Assembly: GCA_051313645.2 (NCBI GenBank)
Contig: JBNRSN020000016.1
Location: 80,104,001 to 80,168,000 of the forward strand
Direction: 5' to 3'
Length of the DNA stretch: 64,000 nucleotides
From: Centroscyllium fabricii
Lineage: Eukaryota
Part shown: positions 37,411 through 49,300 of the stretch, piece by piece
Position numbering within the stretch: the stretch's first letter is position 1
Layout of the letters: every line of letters begins with the position of its first letter
Position numbers and translations under genes: made by a program
Notes under the pieces: generated by a model
What the model saw: the letters and a program-made list of their open reading frames with translations, nothing else
What the model was told of the DNA's origin: nothing
Database searches by the model: none

Positions 37411-38783
37411 GGTGTCATTACCTGGCCGGTAAGTGTTTTACCCTGCTCACCGACCAACGGTCGGTCGCGTTTATGTTTAACAATAAACAAAAGGGTAAAA
37501 TCAAGAATGATAAGATCCTGCGGTGGTGGATCGAGCTCTCGACTTACGAGTACGACATTCTTTACCGACCAGGCAAACTCAACGAACCCCCGGACGCACT
37601 GTCCAGGGGAACGTGCGCCAGTGCCGAGCTGGACCGGCTGAAGGAACTCGACGATCGCCTCTGCCACCCGGGTATCACCAGACTTGCCCATTTCGTTCAA
37701 TCCCGTAGCCTCCCCTACTCCATCACGGAGATCAAGGCTATGACCCGAGAGTGCCCTGTTTGCGCCGAGTGCAAACCCCAATTTTACAGGCCAGACACGG
37801 CGCACCTCATCAAGGCCACCCGCCCCTTTGAACATCTGAGCGTGGACTTCAAAGGCCCCCTCCCCTCCACCGACCATAACTCGTACTTCCTCACGGTCGT
37901 GGACGAGTTCTCCCGCTTCCCCTTCGCCTTCCCCTGCCCAGATATGATGAGCGCAACGGTGGTAAGACACTTCACCACGCTGTTCCCCATTTTCGGACTC
38001 CCCAGCTACATCCATAGCGACCAGGGGTCGTCGTTCATGAGCGACGAACTGCGTCAGTTTCTGCTTCAGAAAGGGGTTGCCTCAAGCAGAACGACCAGTT
38101 ACAACCCCCGGGGGAACGGCCAGGTAGAAAGGGAGAACGGGATCATCTGGAAGGCGGTCAGCCTGGCCCTGAAGGCCAGAGGCCTCCCAGTGTCCCGTTG
38201 GCAGGTAGTCCTCCCAGACGCGCTCCACTCCATCCGCTCTCTGCTGTGTACGGCTACAAACGCCACACCTCATGATTTATTATTTTCCTTCCCCAGGAAG
38301 TCGACTTCGGGGACGGCACTCCCACCGTGGCTCACGATGCCGGGGCCGGTCTTACTTAGGAAACATGTCCGCGGCCATAAGACCTGCCCCCTGGTGGAAA
38401 AGGTGCAGCTGCTGCACGCCAACCCGCAGTATGCCTACGTGCAGTTCCCGGACGGGCGCGAGGACACAGTTTCCATCAGAGACCTAGCGCCCGCTGGGAG
38501 CACTAGCGCAGAGCCCCTGGTCGAGCCTCAGCCCGACCAGCCACCGCCTACTGAACACTGGCCTGCATACCGACCACCATCTACCGAATACTGGCCTACA
38601 CACACGCACACACCGGGGCCCCCGACACTATCGGCTGAGGACCCAGGGCCGGACGCCACACCGCAGGCACGGTTGCCGGAGGACCCGACCCCATCACCAC
38701 AACCGGCACCAGCGCCGCTACCGGAACCCCGGAGGTCTTCACGGCAGACACGACCACCGGAGAGACTCATTGAGAACTGCTGA
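37411..38783 (+). pseudogene. Element A RNase H end and integrase
   Basis: DALSR, CHPG..CPVC, SVDFKG, HSDQG, GQVEREN. Confidence 0.9.
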
Positions 38784-39449
38784 TACGGACACATAAAAAT
38801 GTTTTTGCACTGCTCATTGATCGGTTGTGTTCCATTCACCCCGCCGGACTCATTTTCAAAGAAGGGGTGAATGTGGTAATCATATTACCAGTGTACATAG
38901 TTGAGTTACACCACAGACCAGTGTGTATAGTGGCTGGGTGTATTGTATGGGGTATTGTGTATAAGAACACTGTCGTAAGGTCAGGTCAGCCACACCTCTA
39001 ACTCCTCCCCTCAGGTGAGAGCCTTATAGGTGAGGTCTGCCCTGCCCTGCCCCCAGTCATTCTGTACTCGATGTTCAACTGGAGACTAGCTCCATCTTTA
39101 AGTTATTAAAAGCCTATAGTTAAGGTAACTACTCGTCTTTGTATTATTGACGATACGTCAACATGCAGGGTAGGTAAATTGGAGATACTAAAAAAAAAAA
39201 TTGCCCCTGAGTATGTGTGTGAGATATAATTCTTAGAGTTGGGGGTGTCAGGGGATATGGGGAGAGGGTAGGAGGGGGGTGCTGGGGTTTGGATTATCAG
39301 CCATGATCTCGTCAAAATGGCGGAGCAGGCTCGAAGGGCCTAATGGCCGACTCCTGCTCCTATCTTCTGTGTTTCTGTGTAATCAGCCTGGCACATCTTC
39401 TTTCAGACAGTACCGCCTCAAGATTGACAATCACATATAAAGAAAAAAA

Positions 39450-40155
39450 AAGACTTGCATTTATATTGTGTCTTTCATGACCGCTGGACATCCCAAAGTA
39501 CTTCACAGCCAAAATAAGTACTTTTTTGAAGTGTAGTCACTGTTGTAATGTAGGAAACGCGGCAGCCAAATTGCACACAAGGTCCCACAAACAGCAATGT
39601 GATAATAACCAGATAATTTGTTTTAGTGATGTCGATTGAGGGATAAATATTGGCCAGTGGGGATAACCTCCCTGCTCTTAGAAACATAGAAACATAGAAG
39701 ATAGGAGCAGGAGTAGGCCATTCGGCCCTTCGAGCCTGCTCCGCCATTCAATGAGATCATGGCCGATCATCCAAACCCAGCACCCCGTCCCTGCCTTGTC
39801 CCCATATCGCTCGATCCCTATCGAGCCTGCACCAACACATATCCCACCCTATCCCCGTAACCCCACATATTCAATCCCCCTAACACTAAGGGTCAATTTA
39901 TCATGGCCAATCAACCTAACCCGCACATTTTTCTTCGAAATAGTGCCATGGGATCTTTTACGTCCACCCGAGAGCATAGACGGGTCCTCGGTTTAAGATC
40001 TCATCCGAAAGACGACACCTCAGACAGTGCGGTACTCCCTCGGTACTGTACTGGAGAGTCAACCTAGATTTTTGTGCTCAAGACTCTGGAGTGGGACTTA
40101 AGCCCACATCCTTCTGACTCAGAGGCGAGAGTGCTACCAACTGAGCCACGGTTGA
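39450..40155 (-). mobile_element. Deu-domain tRNA SINE (SacSINE1-like), interrupted by an HE1-like SINE 3' part at about 39680-39929
   Basis: Deu-domain complement CCATGGGATCTTTTACGTCCACC..TCTCATCCGAAAGAC and A-box complement CCAACTGAGCCA. Confidence 0.7.
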
Positions 40156-40554
40156 CACATGTATCTCAGAAGCATTCATATATTTTAGCAGTAGCATCAG
40201 GGTCCGTCTCTCACAGCTTCCTTTGGGGCAAGCTGCCTTCATTCACCACCAGTACATCTGCCAAAGTGAAGTAATTTCACCTACGACTGTGAATGCTGGT
40301 GGGAAGCACCTGTCAGACAGGCTGACCTAAATGGCTTGGGGGAGTCCCATTCAGAAACCTGTTGGTAATGGTGCTAGGGCTAAAAAGTAAAATAAATAAT
40401 GAATGGAAACAAAGTGCCAGCAGAAAATAACAAACAAAATGGCTTGGGAATGATCTAGAAACATTTTCCTTTCCATTCAGTGGCATCTGCATGAACATCC
40501 ATCTGAGCAGCCAATCCCTAGCAACTGTGCTTGCCAAGTTTCTTCAGTGCAAGT

Positions 40555-42806
40555 TACATGCTAACATTATACCTATATTTAAGAAGGGAGATAGAATTTG
40601 TCCAGGGAACTATAGACCAGTCAGCTTAACATCGGCGGTAGGAAAAATAATGGAATCCCTACTAATGGAGAAAATAGAAAATCATCTAGGAAGCAAAAAG
40701 TATTATAATGAATAGGCAACATGGATTTCAAAAGGGAAAGTTTTGCTTGACCAACCTCACTGCATTCTTTGAAGAGGTAACAGAGAGTAGACAAGGGTAA
40801 TTCAGTAGATGTAATATATCTAGATTTCTGAAAGACATTCGATAAGGTACTACATAATAGTCTAATGAATAAGGTCAGAGCATGTGGAATGGATAACTAG
40901 ATGATTGAAAGACAGAAAGCAGAATGTAGGGGTAAAGGGTAGTTATTCAGAGTGGCAGAAGGTGGGAAGTGGGGTCCCACAAGGATCAGTACTGGGACCA
41001 CTATTGTTCACAATTTATATCAATGATTTAGACTTTGGAATCAAAAACATAATTTCTAAAATTTGCAGATGACATAAAATTGAGAGGGATAGTCAACACT
41101 GAGGAGGACTGCAACAAATTACAGGAAGGAATTAATAAACTTTCAGAATGGGCAAATAATTGGCAAATAAATGTCAACATCGATAAGTGTGAGGTATTAC
41201 ATTTTGGTAAAGAAAGATAAGGAGGTCACATATTACTTGGAAAATAAGAATCTAAATGGGGTAGAGAAGCAAAGGGATCTGAGAGTACAAATACACAAAT
41301 CACAAAAAGTTGCAATGCAGGTCAATAAGGCCATAACAAAAGCAAATCAAGCAGTACGGTTTATTTCTAGAGGGATAGAATTGAAAAGTAGAGAATAAGT
41401 AGAGATAATGAAGCAGTCCATGCCAGCATGCAACACGATCTGGACGACGTTCAGGCTTGGGCTGATAAGTGGCAGGTAACATTCACGCCACAGAATTACC
41501 AGGCAATGACTATATCCAACAAGCGAAGGTCTAACCACCTTCCCTGGACATTCAACAGTATTTCCGTCGCCAAATTCCCCACCATCAACATCCTGGGAGT
41601 CACCATTGACCAGAAACTTAACTGGACCAGCCACATAAATAAGCAGGTCAGAAGCTAGGTATTCTGCGGCGAGTGTCTCATCTCCTGACTCCCCAAAGCC
41701 TTTCCACCATCTACAAGGCACAAGTAAGGAGTGCGATGGAATACTCTCCACTTGCCTGGATGAGTGCAGCTCCAACAACACTCAAGAAGCTCAACACCAT
41801 ACAGGACAAAGTAGCCTGCTTAATTGGCACCCCATCCACCACCTTACGCATTCACTCCCTCCACCACCGGCGTACCGTGGCTGCAGTGTGTACCATCTAC
41901 AAGATGCACTGCAGCAACTCGCAAAGGCTTCTTCGGCAGTACCTCCCAAACCCGCGGCCTCGTCCACCTAGAAGGACAAGGGCAGCAGGCGCACGGGAAC
42001 ACCATCACCTCCAAATTCCCCTCCAAGTCAAACACCATCCTGACTTAGAAGTATATCGTTGATCCTTCATCGGCGCTGGATCAAAATCCTGAACTTCCTC
42101 CCTAACAGCACTGTGGGAATACCTTCACCACACGGATTGCAGCGGTTCAAGAAGACGACTCACCACCACCTTCTCGAGGGCAATTAGGGATGGGCAATAA
42201 ATGCTGTGACGCCCACATCTCAAATCCGAATTTATAAAAAGTTATGCTAAACTTGTATTGAACCTTGGTTTGACCATCCTTGGAGTACTGTGTGCAATTC
42301 TGGTCGCCATATTACAGAAAGGATATAGAGGCACTGACGAGGGTGCAAAAAGTATTTACAAGGATGCTACCAGAACTGCGAGGTGAAACCTATCAGGAGG
42401 GATGAACAGGCTGGGTCTCTTTTCTCTTGCTGAGGGGTGACCTAATAGAGGTTTTTAAAAATTATAAAAGGTTTTGATAGAGTAAACACAGAGAGTGTTG
42501 CCACTTGTGGGGAAGAGCAAAACTAGAGGCCGTCAATATAAGGTGGACACCAAGAAATCAAATAGGGAATTCAGAAGAACCTTCTTTACCCAGAGAGTGG
42601 TGAGAATGTGGAACTCGCTGCCACAGGGAGTAGTTAAGGCAAATAGTATAGATGCATTTAAAGGGAAGATAGATAAGCATATGAGGGAGAAGGGAAGAGA
42701 GGTTTGTGCGACTAGAGTTAGATGAGGAAGGATGGGAGGAGGCATGAGTAGAGCATAAATGCCAGCATGGACTGGTTGGGTCGAATGGCCTGTTTCTGTG
42801 CTGTAT
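40555..42806 (+). mobile_element. Degenerate CR1 fragment with a nested LINE at about 41397-42235
   Basis: NYRPVSLTS, GVPQGSVLGP and a C-terminal CR1 ORF at 42495-42725. Confidence 0.85.
41397..42235 (+). mobile_element. CR1/L2-group LINE 3' fragment (same family as 790-2150)
   Basis: ORFs 41428-41658 and 41673-42062 (WADKWQVTF, YKAQVRSAMEY). Confidence 0.85.
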
Positions 42807-45396
42807 ATTGTATCTAATTTGGTGTCCTACATGCCTATGTGTCAGGAAGTGGCATGAAGAATGTTCCTACCAACTTTTGTCTATGCTAATGAAGCTCCGA
42901 TCTGTTTCAGAACGGAGCATCGGAAGCCAGCTCCAGACCCAACCGAGAAATCCAACTTGGCTGAAAATAGGTGGAGATCAGGTGGAACATGTCACTACTG
43001 AATGTGCTCAGTTTTGGACCATAATGGAGATGAAAATCAGCCACTTTGTATTTTGTTTTGCAGGTCATTCCTGGAATGGTACACCACAGTACTGTTGTTT
43101 ACCTTCAGTCCAAAGTCATGCTTCCCTACTCAATAATGTAATTTTGGGTAGAAGCAAATCACTGCTTTTCTTGTCGGTGTGGTCACCTCTACTTCAATAC
43201 AAACCAGTATTTAGTATGTGCACAAGGTTCAAAGACATCCTTGCCCATATACAGATGGAATTTCAGTCATGCACACACAGTACGTGAAGCACCAGGGAGA
43301 ATTGGTTGCAAACGGTGCTGGAAAATCACAACCTAATCCATGATTGTGTATGATTTCATATGTCGAGCAATGAAGCAGGAATTGGTGTTGCTACAAGTCT
43401 GGGTGGGGGGGAAGAGTGTAAAGAATTGTTCTTTTTGTGTTGTAATTGTAACAAAAAGTCTATCTAATGTTGTTGTAAATGTAATAGAACTGTCGCTTTC
43501 AGTTCTATGAGGCTCTCTATTATGGTTAATGTTAGCATCCAGAAATATTTCAGCACAGAAGCCAGTCCCTGGCAGGTGACATCCGATGACAAATTAAACA
43601 GCTAAAATTGTATTTGCTTTAGCTGACAGTTAATGCCATCATCTTTATATTGTGCCAAACTGTGTCAGAGAAGAATTTGTAACTTATAAACCAGTCTTCA
43701 AAATGTACACATCTGGACATGATACATTGCAATTCTCAGTGATGCTTTGCATAGGAATTGTACTATTAATGCATCGGCAGCTGCACAATCCTTTTAGTCA
43801 GTCTATGCATCACCTGATGGTTAAATCCAGAACAAAATGGAAGGGCCATTCCAAGTCCTCTGTGAGATTTTCTATGGTGAAGTTGCAATAGGTTTAATTT
43901 AATTTCTATAGTACATTTGCTCTGCATCTACCTGTACTAAATGTACTAGTTTGTTCATCAAATTAGCTGAGTGTATATTTTAACAGCTGAAAATATTGTA
44001 AGTGCACTAAGTTTTATATATTACTTACATTTTTAGCAACAATGTTGTATATATTACAGAGGTAGTGGTGATCAGAGCACACAACACAAAGAAGGTAGAG
44101 AAGTCAGACATTTGAGTTTAGCAGCTCCTGATTCTCTGCAGGAATGTGATCCCATGTATTAAAGAGCTGCTTTGCTGTCAAACAATTTCCCAGTCATTCT
44201 GGTTTGATCCTGAATTATATTACTCACAACCCTTGTGAAATGCCATTACATCATAACCCGCTGAAATGTTTCTTCTTGTGACACACCCATTAACTTCCTC
44301 ACTGAAAACAATGTGAACTGAAACACAACTTCCTTCTCAGCTAAACGGAGTTGAAGGTCTGCAGAATAAGTCATATTAAATTGATAATAAATTGAATTTT
44401 CTTTGCTGGTTTCTTTACAGCAAAAAATGTTATCTTCTAGAGGCATAATTTTTCCTGTTTCATTTCTGTCTGCAGTGGAAAATACATTCAGTTAAAGTTG
44501 AGGTTCAAGAAAAAATGATACGAAGGAACACCAAAGACCTGTTGACGTCAGCCAAGTTCATGGGGACCGACTTGGGTTTGTTCTAGATCCAAACCAAACA
44601 TTGAGAACCAGTGAATGTGAGCTGAATGTACACTGAGGTCCAGAAACTCCATCTCCTTCCAATAGCAAGCAATTTGAAGTGAAGCTGACATTTCTAGTGG
44701 AAGACCAGTAGGATGGTTTTGGTCTTGGCAATGTTAAGCTAGAGATGTTTTAGCTCATCCACAAATTAATGTTGAACAGCTGTAGAGTCAAGAAACATTA
44801 ACCCTATGTTTCTCTCTACACAGATGCTGCCTGACCTGCTGAGAATTTCCAGCATTTTCGTTTAACTGTCTGCCATGATTCGCCTCCCTCTGTGTATGTG
44901 GAGACAGGCAGGGATAAGGAGCTAGCCTTATTAAACCGAGCACGTCCAAATGTGCATTCCATTTTCCCCGTGTGCAAAGTGTTTATTGAAGTCAAGAGTT
45001 GTTGCATACTTTCAAATGACCCTCTCGTCCTATAAATAGTTTGGATTTTAAAGCACAGAGCTAAAAAATATACTCAGCTGCCAAACTCAAGGTATTTAAA
45101 CACATTTATAATTTAAATACGGTTTTGAGCACTGGGAATGTTTTGAGAAGTTTGAATTGCTAGTAAAATGTATGTAATACAGCATTAACAACTGTTACTG
45201 AATTACAGGGTGCGTAGGCCATAAGGGACATGCCCCTGAATTCTGGAGCACTGATCTTGTTTACATGTCCAAACATCCCATGCTACCAAGGTTACCAGTA
45301 TGTTTGGACAGATTCCCAGTGCTGTAACTATTAGTGAAACACTGCCCTCTATCGATTAGGGAAGGGTAGTTCATGTTATCAGAAAAGGAGTTTTCT

Positions 45397-45725
45397 AATT
45401 CAATTCAATTCAATTCAATTTTATTGTCATTGCAGTGTACTAGTACAATACAACGAAATGTAGACACGCCGCTGCCGAGAGTGGGGCAAATAAGTTACAT
45501 GGGTTGCATACAATAAAGTACATTTCAGGTGTGCAGATAAAGGAGTTTTTTGTTAAGAGTTCAGGAGACTGACAGCCCTGGGGAAGAAGCTGTTCTTGAA
45601 TCTGGTCGTGCGAGTGCGAATTGATCTGTAGCGTCTCCTGGAGTGCAGGGGGGCGAACAGACTGTGGCTGGGGTGTGTGGGGTCTTTAATAATGTTCAGA
45701 GACCTCCGTAGGCAGCGTCTGATCA
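45397..45725 (-). mobile_element. Rex1/Babar-like LINE 3' end
   Basis: Antisense translates DPTHPSHSLFAPLHSRRRYRSIRTRTTRFKNSFFPRAV; (TTGAA)n tail. Confidence 0.75.
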
Positions 45726-46032
45726 GCTTTTTTTCATGGTTAACAATGTGTTGGAACTTGTAATGAATTGGGGGGTTTTCTGCATCACTTTATTATAATC
45801 TCAACACTAAAGGAATAAAGCCAGAAAAATGTCTGCATTTAATTCTTTATATGACTTACCATTTACCTAAATATGAATTTTCTATCCCAATATTAGAAAT
45901 TATTTTTGTGAAATGGGTAATTATATATTCTGTTAATTTATCCACGGCTAAAATACACTAATACAGCTATTTTACTGTGTGAACTGCTGAGTTTTTCCTG
46001 CCAGGAATAAGAAAACTTTTATATACAATATT

Positions 46033-46320
46033 GGCCTAGAAATTCGGTAGCGTCCATTTTTGGGCGCCTTACCCGCAGAGTGCTAATAACCTGCGCTCAA
46101 ATGGAGAGGTCTGAGGAGCCCCGGAGTTTGGGCCTCCCATTTCATTATCATGTAGATGGCGCAGCGGTAGGAGCCCGCACAGGTTAGTGCAGCAATTTTC
46201 AGGTAAGTGATTGGGTTGGATCGCGGGGTCTGGAGGAGGAACGGCTGGACCTCAGAGTCCGAGTGAAATTTTGTTATGGGAATCAAAAAAACTTGATTTG
46301 GGGGGGGGGGGGGGGGGAAA
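46033..46320. mobile_element. Truncated Harbinger-type MITE, left end
   Basis: GGCCTAGAAATT terminus like the one at 1001; internal CAG|GTAAGT. Confidence 0.5.
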
Positions 46321-46359
46321 TAAAAACCAAAAAACTGCAGATGCTGGAAATCTGAACCT

Positions 46360-49300
46360 TGTAGCGTGGTCGCTAACTTAATTAAAGACGACTCGTAGTT
46401 ACCGTTAATACAAGGCTTTTAATTAATAACGAATGGAGCTAATCTCCTCGGCAGATCACATACAGGAATGAAAGGGGCTGGGTCAGACCACACCTTTATA
46501 GTGCTCCCACCTGGGGGGAGGAGTCGGGGGTGTGGCTGACCTGGCTCCCAGCAGCATCTTTGCACACAGGTATACAACAATGGTAACCCATATAAGGGTT
46601 ACCCATATAAGGGTTACCACATTCACCCCTTGTTAAAAACTTTGAGTCCGGGGGGTGGGGGGTGAATGTATCGAACAGTTCGTGATAAGTCTCTCCGGCG
46701 GTCGCGTTTGTCTTGCGGACCGCCGGGGTTCCGATGTTGGTGGTGATGCCCCCATGGCCGAATAGCCCACCTTCGTCGGTGCTGTAGTTTCAGGACGTGG
46801 TGGGTTCTGCTGGACCTCGTCTGGTGCATCGGCGGGGAAACTCGGGGCCCATCTTGTGTCTGATGGTAGGTCGACCTGCTGGCCAGCAGGAGGCGCTGTG
46901 GCGGTGTTGCCGGCCGGGGCCAGGTCCCTGATGGACACGGTGTCCTCACGCCCGTCTGGGAACTGCACAAAGGCATAGTGCGGGTTGGCGTGTAGGAGCT
47001 GTACCTTGTCCACCAGGGGGTCCGTCTTGTGGCACCGAACGTGCCGCTTAAGGAACACCGGCCCAGGGGTCGTCAGCCATGGTGGGAGCGCCGTCCCCGA
47101 AGTTGACTTCCTGTTGAAAGAAAAAACAAGATCGTGCGGGGTGGTATTAGTAGCTGTACATAATAACGACCTAATAGAGTGCAGCGCGTCTGGGAGGACT
47201 GCCTGCCAATGGGACACTGGAAGGCCTCTGGACTTGAGGGCCAGGGTGACCGCCTTCCAAATGATCCCATTCTCCCTTTCTACCTGGCCATTCCCCCGGG
47301 GGTTGTAACTGGTCGTTCTGCTCGTGGCAACCCCTCTCTGGAGCAGAAACTGACGCAGTTCATCGCTCATGAACGATGACCCCCGGTCGCTATGGATGTA
47401 GCTGGGGAGACCGAAGATGGCGAACAGCGTGGTGAAGTGTTTCATCACCGTTGCACTCGTCATGTCTGGGCAGGGGAAGGCGAAGGGGAAGCGGGAGAAC
47501 TTATCCACTACCGTGAGGAAGTATGAGTTGCGGTCAGTGGAGGGGAGGGGGCCTTTGAAGTCTACGCTGAGGCGTTCAAAGGGGCGGGTGGCCTTGATGA
47601 GGTGCGCCGTGTCTGGCCGGAAAAAGTGGGGTTTGCACTCGGCGCAGACAGGGCAATCTCGGGTCATAGCCTTGATCTCCGTGATGGAGTAGGGGAGGCT
47701 ACGGGATTTGACAAAATGGGCGAGTCTGGTGACACCCGGGTGGCAGAGGCGGTCGTGGAGGTCCTTCAGCCGGTCTAGCTGGGCACTGGCGCACGTTCCC
47801 CTGGACAGTGCGTCCGGGGGTTCATTGAGTTTACCTGGTCGGTAAAGAATGTCGTACTCGTAAGTCGAGAGTTCGATCCGCCACCGCATGATCTTATCAT
47901 TCTTGATTTTACCCCGTAGTTTATTGTTAAACATAAACGCCACCGACCGTTGGTCGGTGAGCAGGGTAAAACGCTTACCGGCCAGGTAATGACGCCAGTA
48001 GCGCACGGCCTCCACAATGGCCTGGGCCTCCTTTTCCACTGCTGAGTGGCGAGTTTCGGGTCCCTGTAAGGTGCGGGAGAAAAATGCTACGGGCCTGCCT
48101 GCCTGATTCAGGGTGGCAGCAAGGGCAAAGTCCGAAGCGTCACTCTCCACCTGGAAAGGGATGGATTCATCAACAGCGAGCATGGTCGCCTTGATAATAT
48201 CTCCTTTTATCTTTTCGAATGCTGTTTGAGCTTCTATAGAAAGAGGGAAGACGGCAGCCTTGAGGAGTGGTCTAGCCTTGTCTGCGAACTGCGGGATCCA
48301 TTGTGCATAGTAGGAGAAAAATCCTAGACATCTCCTTAAGGCTTTGGGGTTGTGAGGTAAGGGCAGTTCTAGCAGGGGTCGCATACGCTGTGGGTCGGGG
48401 CCGAGGAGCCCGTTCTCCACCACGTATCCGAGGATGGCGAGCCGGGTTGTATTAAAGACACATTTGTCTTTGTTATACGTAAGGTCCAGCTTAGCCGCCG
48501 TGTCAAGGAATTTGGCCAGATTGGCATCGTGGTCCTGCTGGTCGTGGCCACAGATGGTCACGTTGTCCAGGTAAGGGAAGGTGGCCTGCAAGTCATTTTG
48601 ATCAACCATACGGTCCATCTCCCGCTGGAACACTGACACTCCGTTGGTCACGCCAAAGGGGACCCGGAGGAAGTGATAGAGCCGACCGTTCGCCTCGAAG
48701 GCGGTGTAGGGGCGGTCAGCTTTCCGGATCGGGAGCTGGTGATACGCCGATTTAAGGTCGATCGTGGAGAACACCTTGTACTGGGCGATTTGATTGACCA
48801 TTTCCGAGATGCGGGGAAGGGGGTAGGCGTCGAGCCCGGTGTAGCGGTTGATAGTCTGGCTGTAATCGATAACCAGCCGTTGTTTATCGCCAGACTTCAC
48901 CACTACAACTTGGGCGCGCCAGGGGCTGGTGCTGGCTTCAATAATCCCCTCCTTTAGCATCCGCCCGACCTCCGACCTGATAAACGTGCGGTCCCCCTCG
49001 CTGTACCGCCGACTCTTAGTGGCGATAGGTTTGTACTTCGGATCGAGGTTGGCGAACAGCGAGGGGGGATCGATTTTCAGGGTGGAGAGGCCGCAGGCCG
49101 GGGTCCGCTTTGGGAGGAGATTGTCCCGGCTACTGAGGGTGAGTGGGGGAAGGGTCCCGCCGAACTCCATTGTCACACTCCTGAAGTGGCACTGGAAGTC
49201 CAGACCTAGTAAGGCTGGGGCACACAACTGCTGGAGGGTATACAATTTAAAATTACGGTACACGCATCCCTGGATGGTGAGCGTGACGGAGCAGTAGCCG

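Larger units (their letters stand above)
20035..39160 (+). mobile_element. Gypsy LTR retrotransposon A (Mag-like), with nested B, E and CR1
   Basis: LTRs 20035-20299 and 38872-39160 (TG..CA), TSD ACATG, PPT AAAGAAGGGGTGAA. gag-pol lies in three pieces. Confidence 0.95.

Noticed and set aside
42808-43287. 159-aa ORF and the acceptor TTTTGCAG at about 43063
   Set aside because: No domain similarity, a non-ATG start and no coherent gene model.
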